From NCBI GenBank assembly GCA_016933575.1, contig JAFGAR010000088.1:32001-96000 (forward strand): a stretch of 64,000 nt of DNA, read 5' to 3'. How positions within the stretch are numbered: the stretch's first letter is position 1; each line of letters opens with the position of its first letter. The stretch is from Candidatus Thorarchaeota archaeon (GTDB taxonomy: Archaea; Asgardarchaeota; Thorarchaeia; Thorarchaeales; Thorarchaeaceae). Positions 46,409 through 56,341 of the stretch are shown one piece after another. The translations under genes and the position numbers were made by a program. The notes beneath the pieces were generated by a model. The model worked only from the letters and a program-made list of their open reading frames with translations, made no database searches and had not been told where the DNA came from.

Positions 46409-46555
46409 GCCGAGGTAGCCAAGCCCGGATTACGGCGCCGGTCTTGAAAATCGGAGTGTTCTGCACTCCTAGACCAAGCCAACCGGTATCTTCGGATGCA
46501 TGAGTTCAAAAAATCCATATTTTGTGGAGTCGAATAAATCTCATCCTCGGCGCCA
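46409..46555 (+). tRNA. tRNA-Ser(UGA) with a canonical 37/38 intron (46449-46480) and a T-loop 58/59 intron (46510-46537)
   Basis: GCCGAGG/CCTCGGC-G-CCA; BHB helices CTTG/CAAG and GTTC/GAAT; long variable arm; spliced length 87 nt. Confidence 0.92.
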
Positions 46556-48121
46556 TTTTCTTATTATAGTGGTGCTAATAGCCATAATTGAAATCGCAAC
46601 AGTTACGATAATAGATGGATACCATCCTATGATATCATGATGACTAGATGATGAACTGATTTGCAGTCGGCAGAGGAATACATCATAGTATCCTCCAATT
46701 TGCATTTGATACGCTCCTTCAGATATCGGAAAATCAGATGATGCAGTCCTGCCACTTATAATCATTCTTTGATCTATATCAAAGAAAATGCTCTCACCCG
46801 AATCCTCGGCGGACCCACCAATATAGGTTGAAAATAGGATAGACTGGCCATCCCCTGCAAGCAAAGTTACTGTTGTATCGAGATGCCCAGCTCTTTGATT
46901 CTGGAGAGAGTTGACTAAGGGATAGTCGTCAGATAGAGTTCGACCTATTATTATTGGTCTGTTAATACCATCAAACTCGACTGCATATGCAATATCAAAT
47001 TCACTACCGCCTAGATATGTCAGATACTCTGTTATGCCAGTTTTGTTACATTTGTAGATGAAGATATCACGAGTTCCTCCTGCATATTCTGGTTGAAGAG
47101 GCGATAATGTCTTCAAATCTGTAGAGCCAGTATATCCCACCACGACAATCTCATCGAGGTCATTGGTAGCAACACCCCGACCTACATCCTCATTCTCTCC
47201 TCCAATATATGTCGATAACAAAATGGATGTTCCATCAGAAGACACCTTGATTAAGTATGCATCCCATACTCCAGCATTTTCAGTTTGGTATGCCTGTTCT
47301 GTGGTTGGAAAATCTTGAGAACTTGTCTGTCCTGTAAGGATGTAATTGTTCAATGAATCAATAGCCATGCACTCGACCCTATCGACTCTGCTACCTCCAA
47401 TATAAGTGAACATCTCTGTCTGACTACCATCATCAGTGATTCTCGCAATGAAGAGATCCTCTCCACCGGATGGATGTTCCTTATAGGCACCATCTGTGGA
47501 TAACCCAAATGATGCTGAAGTGCCTGCAATCATGTAGTTTTCTTCTTGGTCGAGTTTCACTGAACGAATTGTATCGCTTAGAGCGCCGCCATAGTAGGTT
47601 GAATACAATAAGGTTCTTCCATCAGCAGAGATTCGTGTTATGTAGCCATCAGTTTCTCCAGAGAGAGATGATTGAATTGCATCAGACGTCACTGGAAAGT
47701 CAAGAGATGATGTGAATCCCACGACTATCAGGCTACCATCAGACCGAATTTCTACATCATCCACATGTTCATAATCACTTCCGCCTAGAAACGATGAGAA
47801 TACAAGTGCTCCAGAAACATCGAATTTCACTACAAAGATATCCCATTGACCACCAGAGTAGGTCGGTTGGAACGCATCTTCAGTGGTTGTAAGGTCAGGG
47901 GAGTTTGTATGACCAACCATCACAATGGAGCCATCTGAGGCACACGTGACCTCTGAAACCTCTTCGATATTGAATCCTCCGAAGTAGGTGGCAAGAGAGA
48001 TATTGTATGATAATGAAGATTCCACCTCTGAAGCTATCTGGAGAGATAATGGCAATATTAGAAAAGATACAACCAGCATGAGGACAATACTAGCGATAGG
48101 AAGCAATCTTGCTGGAGTCAT
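46541..48121 (-). CDS. Secreted SBBP-repeat (beta-propeller) protein with a C-terminal TM anchor
   Basis: Repeats ST(Y/F)xGG...D...G.T.S.DFP....A.Q....G..D.F; signal peptide. Confidence 0.85.
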   Translation of the reverse strand: MTPARLLPIASIVLMLVVSFLILPLSLQIASEVESSLSYNISLATYFGGFNIEEVSEVTCASDGSIVMVGHTNSPDLTTTEDAFQPTYSGGQWDIFVVKFDVSGALVFSSFLGGSDYEHVDDVEIRSDGSLIVVGFTSSLDFPVTSDAIQSSLSGETDGYITRISADGRTLLYSTYYGGALSDTIRSVKLDQEENYMIAGTSASFGLSTDGAYKEHPSGGEDLFIARITDDGSQTEMFTYIGGSRVDRVECMAIDSLNNYILTGQTSSQDFPTTEQAYQTENAGVWDAYLIKVSSDGTSILLSTYIGGENEDVGRGVATNDLDEIVVVGYTGSTDLKTLSPLQPEYAGGTRDIFIYKCNKTGITEYLTYLGGSEFDIAYAVEFDGINRPIIIGRTLSDDYPLVNSLQNQRAGHLDTTVTLLAGDGQSILFSTYIGGSAEDSGESIFFDIDQRMIISGRTASSDFPISEGAYQMQIGGYYDVFLCRLQISSSSSHHDIIGWYPSIIVTVAISIMAISTTIIRKWRRG

Positions 48122-48208
48122 GAGATTCTTAGAACGTGATAATTTCTGTTAAAAGCGATTATCAACGCAGAAAAACATGGCATTTACTTTCTTCAGAGAG
48201 GATCTTGT

Positions 48209-48676
48209 TCATAATCCAGAAGCATCGGATCTCCCTTCGAACACAACACTAGCTGTTCCTTCTAAAGAACTGAAAGACTGATTTGTGACATCATTTCCAC
48301 GTTCATCGACAACATACCATTTTGATTTCCGAGAGTGCTCATGAAATGGCCAATTTTCATCCAGAATCTCTCCAAGAGGGGTATTGCTTGCTCCTCGAAT
48401 GAAATATTCTTGGTCATCGCCAGCAATACGTACTGTGCGAACGATCTCACCACTAAACCCTGTAGACCATCTTGCGTGTGTCTGTACTTTTGTAACAAGA
48501 TTAGCTGTGGTAACAAGAAATAGAACGACCGACATCCAAAATAACCACGCATATTGCTCAAGTGAAACAACAATCACTCCAACTGGCGATACATATCCTA
48601 GTTGAACAACAAGTAGGAATAGGCTACTGAAAAACCAGATAAGTACTGAAAAAAGGTCAATTCTGCGGTTTGCCAA
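48209..48676 (-). CDS. Hypothetical membrane protein
   Basis: Two N-terminal TM helices plus a soluble domain. Confidence 0.55.
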   Translation of the reverse strand: MANRRIDLFSVLIWFFSSLFLLVVQLGYVSPVGVIVVSLEQYAWLFWMSVVLFLVTTANLVTKVQTHARWSTGFSGEIVRTVRIAGDDQEYFIRGASNTPLGEILDENWPFHEHSRKSKWYVVDERGNDVTNQSFSSLEGTASVVFEGRSDASGL

Positions 48677-48937
48677 GAAACTACACCTTGATTCTTGTGA
48701 GATTCAATAACATCTCTGTTTCAAGGGTTATAGAATTTTCTTAAAACTCAGAACACGTGTTCGAGATTTCTATGGAGTGCGGTTATTAAAAATATTGAAC
48801 TTCAATCGTTTCAAAGAATTACGGGTTTACTGGCGTCGCTATGCAGAGGCATCTATGAATGAGGCGACTGATACTCTCAGAAGCTATTTGTTTCATTGGA
48901 TTATTGTATATGCATCGTATCTTATTATATCTGCAGT

Positions 48938-50536
48938 CTAGAGAGGTTTGAAGAGATACGGACCTTTATCAACAAAACCCAGTCCACGATAGTACTCCTT
49001 GACTCCAATCCCACTATTGACGAGTATCTGCTTAGCATCGAACTCGGTCCTAGCAATCTCATCAGCATGACTAAGCATCTTTTCGCCCAAGCCTAGATGC
49101 TGCCAAGCTCCCTCATCACGTTTTCCGATTTCGACTACTGGGCCATAGACACGTAGCTCTCTAATGATCGTTGATGGAAACTCGGTTATTTCAGAACGAA
49201 ATGTGTTAGCACTTGGATGTCGGAGTCGTATGAATCCAAATAGGATATCCAGGTCAGGCTCTTCATAAGAGAGAAATATCTCCGTACCACCAGCAGCCTC
49301 GTAGTCGCGTCGGATGAGTTTGATATTGTCGGGATCTATGGACTCATCAGACCTCATCTGAAAATGACCAATCTCTCTAAAGCGGATGGTAGGATTCCTC
49401 AATCCTTCCAGTTTCATTTTATGATGAACCAACTCTCGTAGATTGCCCTGATTTAGGCCAGCTTCAATCTGGTGTAAGGGGATATCTCTCTGCATTCTCT
49501 GAATACGAACATATTCGGGCATTTTACTGACTGCAGTGGAAACAACCGAAATTATCTCTTCATTTGTAAGAGGGGTATAATCGCCATTCATCCACCAATC
49601 GTATAGTTTTGTATTCTTCACAACAATAGTTGGATAGACCTTTAGCATATCTGGACGAAATCTGGGATCAGAGAACAACTGCCCAAATGTCGCAATATCA
49701 TCTTCGGGAGTTGTACCAGGAAGACCAGGCATCATGTGGTAGCATACCTTGAGACCGCTATCTCGGAGAAGTTGTGTGGCTTGAACTGTTGCATCAACAC
49801 CATGACCTCGTTCCACCAATTCGAGTATCTCTTCTGAGAGAGTCTGCACCCCAATCTCAACACGGGTAGCTCCCATCATGAGCATAGCATCAACACTCTC
49901 TTTGGTGATCCAGTCCGGACGTGTTTCAAAGGTCAGGCCGACATTTCTAATTGAAGAGGTTTCATTCTGCTTCATTGCCTGTAGGAGTGTGGTGCTTATA
50001 CTACCATTCATGGCATCAAGGCAACCCTTCACAAAGAATTGTTGATATTCACCAGGTTTGGAACACCAATCACCTCCCATGATGATTAGTTCCACTTTGT
50101 TTACGCTATGACCTATATTCCGTAATTGAATGAGTCTGCTGTCAACTTGACGATAAGGGTCAAAATCATTCTGAATCCCTCGCATAGTAGCAGGTTCATA
50201 CCCAGTATAACTCTGGGGAACTCCAAGATCTGGGCCACCAGGACAATAGGCGCACTTGCCATGAGGACAGGCTTGAGGTTTTGTCATAGCGGCTACAACA
50301 GCAACCCCGGAAACTGTCCGTACAGGACGTTTCTGAAGGAAAGGACGGAGAAGCTCTTCTTCTTCAGGAATTGTAACCTGAAGGAGGTCAGCGTTAGACG
50401 GGGCTCTTGGATAGTGATAGCGTGCACAGACTTTATTTTTGATACGATTAATGGCCCGACGATTAAGCGATTCATTGGAGTTGAGAAGCTCCTTAACTAT
50501 CTCCCTACAAACAACATAGTCATCAGGGTCGGTCAT
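48938..50536 (-). CDS. elp3: Elp3 radical SAM/GNAT tRNA U34 acetyltransferase
   Basis: RTVSGVAVV, CPHGKCAYCPGG, ETRPD, RVEIGVQ, RELRVYG, WQHLGLG motifs. Confidence 0.95.
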   Translation of the reverse strand: MTDPDDYVVCREIVKELLNSNESLNRRAINRIKNKVCARYHYPRAPSNADLLQVTIPEEEELLRPFLQKRPVRTVSGVAVVAAMTKPQACPHGKCAYCPGGPDLGVPQSYTGYEPATMRGIQNDFDPYRQVDSRLIQLRNIGHSVNKVELIIMGGDWCSKPGEYQQFFVKGCLDAMNGSISTTLLQAMKQNETSSIRNVGLTFETRPDWITKESVDAMLMMGATRVEIGVQTLSEEILELVERGHGVDATVQATQLLRDSGLKVCYHMMPGLPGTTPEDDIATFGQLFSDPRFRPDMLKVYPTIVVKNTKLYDWWMNGDYTPLTNEEIISVVSTAVSKMPEYVRIQRMQRDIPLHQIEAGLNQGNLRELVHHKMKLEGLRNPTIRFREIGHFQMRSDESIDPDNIKLIRRDYEAAGGTEIFLSYEEPDLDILFGFIRLRHPSANTFRSEITEFPSTIIRELRVYGPVVEIGKRDEGAWQHLGLGEKMLSHADEIARTEFDAKQILVNSGIGVKEYYRGLGFVDKGPYLFKPL

Positions 50537-50605
50537 ATAGTACAAATTCCGCGGATTTCTGTTTAATAGGATGTGGTCTGGACAGATATCACGCTAGTCA
50601 AACAC

Positions 50606-51181
50606 TCACCGTTCGGGAGTGAGTGTAACATCATCGAGACAGAGCTCTTCAGAAAATGGATTTTCCGTTGATAATGGAAGTTGTCCAGCAATCACCGTTT
50701 CAATTCCAAACCGGGTACAGACATCCTGAAGGGTTGAGATAGCGACACGGGTCCAACAGGTCACATCAATCTCTCCGGGTACTGCAATCTCCCTCATCAT
50801 TATACTGAAGGGCTTCACATGCTCTGCAGTCAATATTTTCGCAACCGCGGATAACACGACCTTTCGTTCATCACTTAATGAGTGGGCATAGAGTAATATA
50901 AGCCGGTCTACTGCCTCAGGGGTTCCTATAGAGGACAGGGTGCTAATTCCTGTTAGCCACTCTTCATAATCTTCAGAGTTCAGTAATTTTTCGCAATAGT
51001 CTATTAAATCGGGATCGTGTCTTCGGGCAAGTTCTGCAAGTGCAGGTCTGCGGAGAACAAGGTGAACCTTTTCATCGTTGACCAAATCCCACAGCCGCGT
51101 ACTATCAACATCAACGTGCAGGGGGGTATGGTCTTCAACCGGGTAGTGCTTCGATAGAAGACGCAGCTGTGGGTGGGTCAT
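50606..51181 (-). CDS. Hypothetical protein, HEAT-like helical
   Basis: Helical repeats such as LSSIGTPEAVDRLI. Confidence 0.6.
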   Translation of the reverse strand: MTHPQLRLLSKHYPVEDHTPLHVDVDSTRLWDLVNDEKVHLVLRRPALAELARRHDPDLIDYCEKLLNSEDYEEWLTGISTLSSIGTPEAVDRLILLYAHSLSDERKVVLSAVAKILTAEHVKPFSIMMREIAVPGEIDVTCWTRVAISTLQDVCTRFGIETVIAGQLPLSTENPFSEELCLDDVTLTPER

Positions 51182-51317
51182 GAACTGCTGTATAGACCAT
51201 TGCTAATAAGGTCGTCATACTTTCTTGGAGCGAAAATTGCGCATTTACGAATGGTGCTCATTGGATACCTTTTTATGATAACATTTCAGAAAACAATACT
51301 GTCAAGGTGATAATGAG

Positions 51318-51479
51318 ATGCCTGGTTCACATGGTTCACTTACAAAGGCAGGTAAAGTTCGCGAATCAACACCAAAAGTAAAGGGTCGTGAACGACATAC
51401 TCCTATTCCTCGTATTCGTAACAAGAGGAACTTCATAAAAAGATTCGTTCAAGGTCAGACGATTGGAGTTCGGAAATAG
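51318..51479 (+). CDS. rps30e: 30S ribosomal protein eS30
   Basis: Below the track cutoff. Manual translation MPGSHGSLTKAGKVRESTPKV...RNKRNFIKRFV (53 aa), with an AGGTGA SD. Confidence 0.95.
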   Translation: MPGSHGSLTKAGKVRESTPKVKGRERHTPIPRIRNKRNFIKRFVQGQTIGVRK

Positions 51480-51654
51480 CTCTCTTTTGTAACTTAGTTC
51501 TTTGATTGTGCCATTTACAGAAGTATCATTCTGCGGTAGAGTATACATGTTTCCATTTTTTAGAGCGATATTCTAAATAGTCGGATTGTTTTCCTAAAAT
51601 GAGAAATTCAGCACGCCTTGGCGCGAGGGGATTTCAAAGTAGGTGATTCGTAAC

Positions 51655-52002
51655 ATGGCAAGTGAATTTACATATGAGGATGCAGGGAAGCTCATAATTC
51701 TCGCACTCAATGCTGGCCACGCTATATTTGCAATGGGTGTTTCACTTTTTGGGATTATATTTCTCTTCAGTGAAGGCCCAGTAATTGGATTCATTCTGGG
51801 ATTAGTATTGTTACTAGTATCGTGGATGTATCTCAAACCAGCTAAGAAAGAGGGTCTGATGTACGCATTCATAATAAACATCATTACAATTCCAGTATGG
51901 ATTATCTATATACCATTCCCAATATGGGTGTACACAGTTACCTTTGCAATAATGGTCATAATTTTCATGCTTCCACCCCAATTTAGAGCCAAATTCATAT
52001 AA
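51655..52002 (+). CDS. Hypothetical 4-TM membrane protein
   Basis: Hydrophobic ORF, AGGTGA SD, hairpin downstream. Confidence 0.65.
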   Translation: MASEFTYEDAGKLIILALNAGHAIFAMGVSLFGIIFLFSEGPVIGFILGLVLLLVSWMYLKPAKKEGLMYAFIINIITIPVWIIYIPFPIWVYTVTFAIMVIIFMLPPQFRAKFI

Positions 52003-52082
52003 TGGAATGTATCTGGTAAATGAATAGATCGGGCGGGCTTAAGAAGACCAGTCCGATCTCTTCTTTTTCTTCTAAATTTTGA

Positions 52083-52904
52083 TCAATACTTTTTCTTTAT
52101 TCCAACCGCATCTCGGTAATATCTTCCAAAATCATTGAAGTTTGCAAGTTGTTCACCTCGGAATACAGGACCGTCAACACAGACCAGATGGCCTGTTGGA
52201 TCCATTGCACATGTGCCGCATATGCCACATCCGCATTTCATGAATCTCTCGAGAGATGCTTGGACTGGAGTCTTGAATTCTTGAGAGAGTCTATAGAGAC
52301 CAGCCATCATGAGTTCTGGACCACATGTATAGAGCATATCATACTCATTTTCTTGCAGTAATACCTTAGCAGCCTCAGTTGCTAGACCCTTGTATCCTAA
52401 ACTACCATCATCTGTGGATAGTTCTAGAGAGAATTTGGATGATGAGATTCCTGAATATTCATTGAAGAATACTAGTTCGTCCTTTGTTTTGGCAGCAATA
52501 AGAAGAGTCACCTCAGTATTTTGCTTGAGAAGAGTATAGACAAGCGGTCTTAGAGGTGCCATTCCTACACCTCCTCCAATGACAAGAACTTTCTTACTGG
52601 TCATATCAAAAGATGACCCAAAGGGACCTCTAATGCCAATCCAGTCACCAGCTGTTAGAGAACATAGTTTTTGGGTTGCTTCACCAAGAGGTAATACAGT
52701 GATAGAAAGACTGGATTCATCTTGGGCCGATATACTCATTGGTATTTCATCTATGCCTGGAATCCAAATCATAAAGAACTGTCCTGGAAGAATTGACATT
52801 CTGTTTTCATAAGAGAATCTTAGAGTTCTGACCAAAGGAGTTTCTCTTATGACCTCAGATATCTGAACAGAGTGCGAGTCTCCCAGTAGACTTTCTATTT
52901 TCAT
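52083..52904 (-). CDS. pyrK: Dihydroorotate dehydrogenase electron transfer subunit
   Basis: PGQF, RGPFG, GGGVG.AP, CGP, MKCGCGICGTC, C.DGPVF motifs. Confidence 0.92.
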   Translation of the reverse strand: MKIESLLGDSHSVQISEVIRETPLVRTLRFSYENRMSILPGQFFMIWIPGIDEIPMSISAQDESSLSITVLPLGEATQKLCSLTAGDWIGIRGPFGSSFDMTSKKVLVIGGGVGMAPLRPLVYTLLKQNTEVTLLIAAKTKDELVFFNEYSGISSSKFSLELSTDDGSLGYKGLATEAAKVLLQENEYDMLYTCGPELMMAGLYRLSQEFKTPVQASLERFMKCGCGICGTCAMDPTGHLVCVDGPVFRGEQLANFNDFGRYYRDAVGIKKKY

Positions 52905-52905
52905 G

Positions 52906-53826
52906 CTATCGTCCCCCTGCCAATCCAATTATTTCAGAAGTATCCCGATACCCTTTCTCCCCAAGGTAGGAAGATACACCACTCTTGATTTTTGAGAAGA
53001 TTGTTAGGTCATCCATCACAGCAGTACCAATTTGAATTGCACTGGCTCCAGCCAAATGCATCTCTATTGCATCTTGCCAACTAGATACTCCACCTACACC
53101 AATAATTGGGATTGAGAGTGTTTGGGAGAGATCATATACACATCTGACCGCAATTGGAAAAATTGGCGGGCCAGATAGACCACCAACTCTATTCCCTAGG
53201 ACAGGGCGCATCTGGTGAATATCAATCTTCATACCGCGAACCGTGTTGATTGCAACAATCGCATCAGCTCCGGCTTCCTCAGCAGCCTTTCCAATGGCAA
53301 CATAATCAGACGCATTTGGTGTAATTTTTGCAAAGACTGGAAGATGAACAGCCTCCTTTGCAGCTTGCACAAAATTCGATGTGAGTTTTGTACTATGAGA
53401 TATCTGGCTAATTGTAGCATGAGGACATGAGAGATTGAGTTCAATGGCTGATGGTTTCATTTTTTCACCTTTTTCAGCGATGATTGCAATCTCTTCAGGT
53501 GTATCTCCAAATATACTGAGAATAACTGGGATCTTAGCTTCTTTAAGCAAGTGCATCTCATTTGCAAACTCATCAATCCCAGGATTTGTGAGGCCTACTG
53601 CATTTAGCAATCCACCGTGAGAACTAGTAAGGACAGGACCTGGGTGTCCCTTTCGTGAAACAAGACCAATTGATTTTGTGACAACTGCATCAGCGCCGGA
53701 TTTTGTTGCGCGGATCATTGTGGATGCAGTCACTCCAAGTATTCCGGATGCTAACCAGTAGCCGCTAATTTTCAATTGGTCACCCATTTTGTTGGAGAGA
53801 TTATTGCGTAATAAGCTAGTTGGCAA
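52906..53826 (-). CDS. pyrD: Dihydroorotate dehydrogenase 1B catalytic subunit (true start possibly 53787)
   Basis: LASG, TKS, NAVGL.NPG, ELNLSCPH, AINT, GGLSG, IIGVGG motifs. Confidence 0.93.
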   Translation of the reverse strand: MPTSLLRNNLSNKMGDQLKISGYWLASGILGVTASTMIRATKSGADAVVTKSIGLVSRKGHPGPVLTSSHGGLLNAVGLTNPGIDEFANEMHLLKEAKIPVILSIFGDTPEEIAIIAEKGEKMKPSAIELNLSCPHATISQISHSTKLTSNFVQAAKEAVHLPVFAKITPNASDYVAIGKAAEEAGADAIVAINTVRGMKIDIHQMRPVLGNRVGGLSGPPIFPIAVRCVYDLSQTLSIPIIGVGGVSSWQDAIEMHLAGASAIQIGTAVMDDLTIFSKIKSGVSSYLGEKGYRDTSEIIGLAGGR

Positions 53827-53880
53827 CCTTTATCCGGAATGCAAACATCATGCAACTAACATGTTAAGGATGGATTCGCT

Positions 53881-55128
53881 GTGTCATTACATCTCGTATT
53901 ATCAGCCTTTGGGATTTTTGCGTTAGATGAGAAGAATGAGGTGATAGCAAAACGTGTTTTCTATCCTGATGCAAAAGCAGCTGTTTCCAATTTACTTGAG
54001 ATAGGAGAAGGAAAAACGAATAGTACGATTGAGTCAATAGTTGCGGATATTGGCAAAATTGGTTCAGAGACCATCTTTGTTGAAGATCAGATGCTTGCAC
54101 GCTCAATCCCGGATATAACAGGGACTAGCGTAAAGATCGCTGATAGTGAAGTAATAAAATGGTTCAGACAGAATCTTGGTGATTACCTCACGAGACTTGG
54201 CATTGTTCAATCTCAAGACGAAATATCGGGTTTTAGATACAACGTTGGTATTCAGTTATCAAAAGCGAAATTGAGTGCAGCTACAAGCGAAAAGGACCTC
54301 CTCGTAAAGAATGCAATTGATGCGATTGATGAGCTTGACAAGGGCGTTAACGTACTTGTTATGCGTCTACGAGAGTGGTATTCTATTCATCATCCGTCAC
54401 TTAGCGATCTGGTACAGGACCAGGAAGAGTTTACACGAATACTGAATACTTGTTGTGGGAAGGAGAACATAGGCCGTGACTGTTTAGTAAAGGCAGAAAT
54501 TCCTGAAGCCACAGCTGAATCAATAGTGAACGCATTGATTGGTGATATAGGAGCGGAGATGAAAGAGATAGACCTTACGATTATTCAGGGATTAGCTGGG
54601 GCGATAGATAATCTGTATGGTACAAGAAAAGACCTAGAAACCTATGTCACATCTGTGATGGAGATAATAGCTCCAAACATGTCCGCCCTCGTTGGGCCTC
54701 TCATCGGAGCTCGCTTGATAAGTCTGGCAGGATCTCTGAAAGAGTTGGCAAGGAAACCTTCCAGCACAATCCAAGTATACGGAGCTGAAAAGGCACTCTT
54801 TCGTAGTATAAAGACCGGAGCGGATCCACCTAAGCATGGAATAATATACCGGGTGTCAGAAGTCCATAGTTCTGCGTACTGGCAGAGAGGAAAAATCGCT
54901 CGGGCACTAGCAGGAAAACTATCTATTGCTGCCCGAATTGATGCATACTCAGATAGAAATGTAGGTGAGAGCCTGCGTGAGGATTTCCTAGAACGGGTTG
55001 AAGAGATACGAAGACAGAATCCTGAGGCACCCCCTGCAAAACCACCAAAACCAGTTGAGAAAGATAGGAAACCGCAGTGGAAAAAGCGAGATAGAAAAGA
55101 AAAGGGACGACAGGGAGGTCGGAGATAA
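53881..55128 (+). CDS. nop5: C/D box RNP subunit Nop5 (Nop56/58)
   Basis: RLREWY, APN...VG..IGARLI, PSSTIQV.GAEKALF, PKHGII, RGKIAR motifs. Confidence 0.95.
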   Translation: MSLHLVLSAFGIFALDEKNEVIAKRVFYPDAKAAVSNLLEIGEGKTNSTIESIVADIGKIGSETIFVEDQMLARSIPDITGTSVKIADSEVIKWFRQNLGDYLTRLGIVQSQDEISGFRYNVGIQLSKAKLSAATSEKDLLVKNAIDAIDELDKGVNVLVMRLREWYSIHHPSLSDLVQDQEEFTRILNTCCGKENIGRDCLVKAEIPEATAESIVNALIGDIGAEMKEIDLTIIQGLAGAIDNLYGTRKDLETYVTSVMEIIAPNMSALVGPLIGARLISLAGSLKELARKPSSTIQVYGAEKALFRSIKTGADPPKHGIIYRVSEVHSSAYWQRGKIARALAGKLSIAARIDAYSDRNVGESLREDFLERVEEIRRQNPEAPPAKPPKPVEKDRKPQWKKRDRKEKGRQGGRR

Positions 55129-55826
55129 TGGTAATCATAAATCCACACAAGTTTCCAGGTGTATTCCTTGCAGAAGATTCTGACAGACAGTCATTATCTA
55201 CCAAATCATTGATTCCTGGTAAGAGTGTATATGGTGAGAAATTGATCAAAGATGGTGTTGATGAGTATCGTATCTGGTCCCCGAGAAGGTCAAAGCTTGC
55301 AGCAGCTATAAGAAAAGGATTGTCAGAGATGCCGATTCAACCCGGATCAAAGATGCTTTACCTAGGTGCAGCTTCGGGTACGACTGTAAGCCATTGTTCA
55401 GATATTGTTGGTCCAAATGGTGTGATATATGCAGTCGAATTCGCTCAGAGAAGCGCAAGAGATTTGGTAGGGTTAGCAGCGTTAAGAAAGAACATAATTC
55501 CAATTGTGGAGGATGCACGGCATCCAGCACGTTACGCACCACTGGTCACTGGTCCAATAGAGGTCATCTATCAAGATGTGGCTCAACCAAACCAAGCAAG
55601 TATTCTATATGAAAATCTAAAGACATTCTGTTCCTTTGGAGCATGGGGATTACTGGCAATCAAAGCACGAAGTATTGATTCAACACAGAACCTCGATAGA
55701 ATCTACAATAAGGAGATTTCAGAATTAGATAGAAAGGGTCTTGAGATTGTAGAGAATATCGACTTGGACCCATTAGAAAAGGATCACAGGTTTATTGTCT
55801 GTCGCGTGACGGAGGAGATGATGTGA
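55128..55826 (+). CDS. flpA: Fibrillarin-like 2'-O-methyltransferase
   Basis: VYGE, RSKLAAA, LYLGAASGTTVSH, YQDVAQP.Q, IKARSID motifs. Confidence 0.95.
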   Translation: MVIINPHKFPGVFLAEDSDRQSLSTKSLIPGKSVYGEKLIKDGVDEYRIWSPRRSKLAAAIRKGLSEMPIQPGSKMLYLGAASGTTVSHCSDIVGPNGVIYAVEFAQRSARDLVGLAALRKNIIPIVEDARHPARYAPLVTGPIEVIYQDVAQPNQASILYENLKTFCSFGAWGLLAIKARSIDSTQNLDRIYNKEISELDRKGLEIVENIDLDPLEKDHRFIVCRVTEEMM

Positions 55827-56290
55827 ATCCATCAATAGATCGGATTATTGAACATGAGATTGATACTCTGAACGATCATCTTCCCATGAAAAGGATTCCA
55901 TTAAAACAACTGTTAGAGACTGATGACCCGCACTTCATCACTCGATGTGGAGATAAATCTGTGTTCCGCATTGAGGAGATTATATGGCTTCGTGACACAA
56001 TACCTGAAGAATTTCACGATGATATCTGTCTGCCAATTGTATTCCTTAGGCGGAATGATTATGGTCCGGGTATCTATACCATAGCTGGGAATAAGTCTGA
56101 ATTATTTCTGGTCCACCATATTCTAGGATATGTTGACCTAGAATGGCAAAATTTTTCAAAGTGGAACCCTGTTGAGCGTCTAGCAAGACCACAAGTCCAA
56201 ATTCTACGCCAGAAATTGCCATCAACTACGACCATTGGAATTGTCTTGATATCAAGAGAAAAAACAAAAGAGGAAACTCTTCAAGATTGA
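55823..56290 (+). CDS. DUF61-like protein
   Basis: LNDHLP..R..L..LL, LPIV, LR..LP.TT; typical position after fibrillarin. Confidence 0.7.
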   Translation: MNPSIDRIIEHEIDTLNDHLPMKRIPLKQLLETDDPHFITRCGDKSVFRIEEIIWLRDTIPEEFHDDICLPIVFLRRNDYGPGIYTIAGNKSELFLVHHILGYVDLEWQNFSKWNPVERLARPQVQILRQKLPSTTTIGIVLISREKTKEETLQD

Positions 56291-56341
56291 AATGACCTGT
56301 TTAGATATCCTGAAAAGGTTTAATCACTGAAGTAATAATGG

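Noticed and set aside
46409-46555. tRNA-Sec, suggested by 'TGA' and the presence of selD
   Set aside because: The anticodon is UGA (Ser), not UCA, and the stems are the normal 7/5 bp.
46802-46811. ATCCTCGGCG matching the tRNA-Ser 3' end (possible att site)
   Set aside because: Only 10 bp, inside an intact coding repeat, and no integrase is present.
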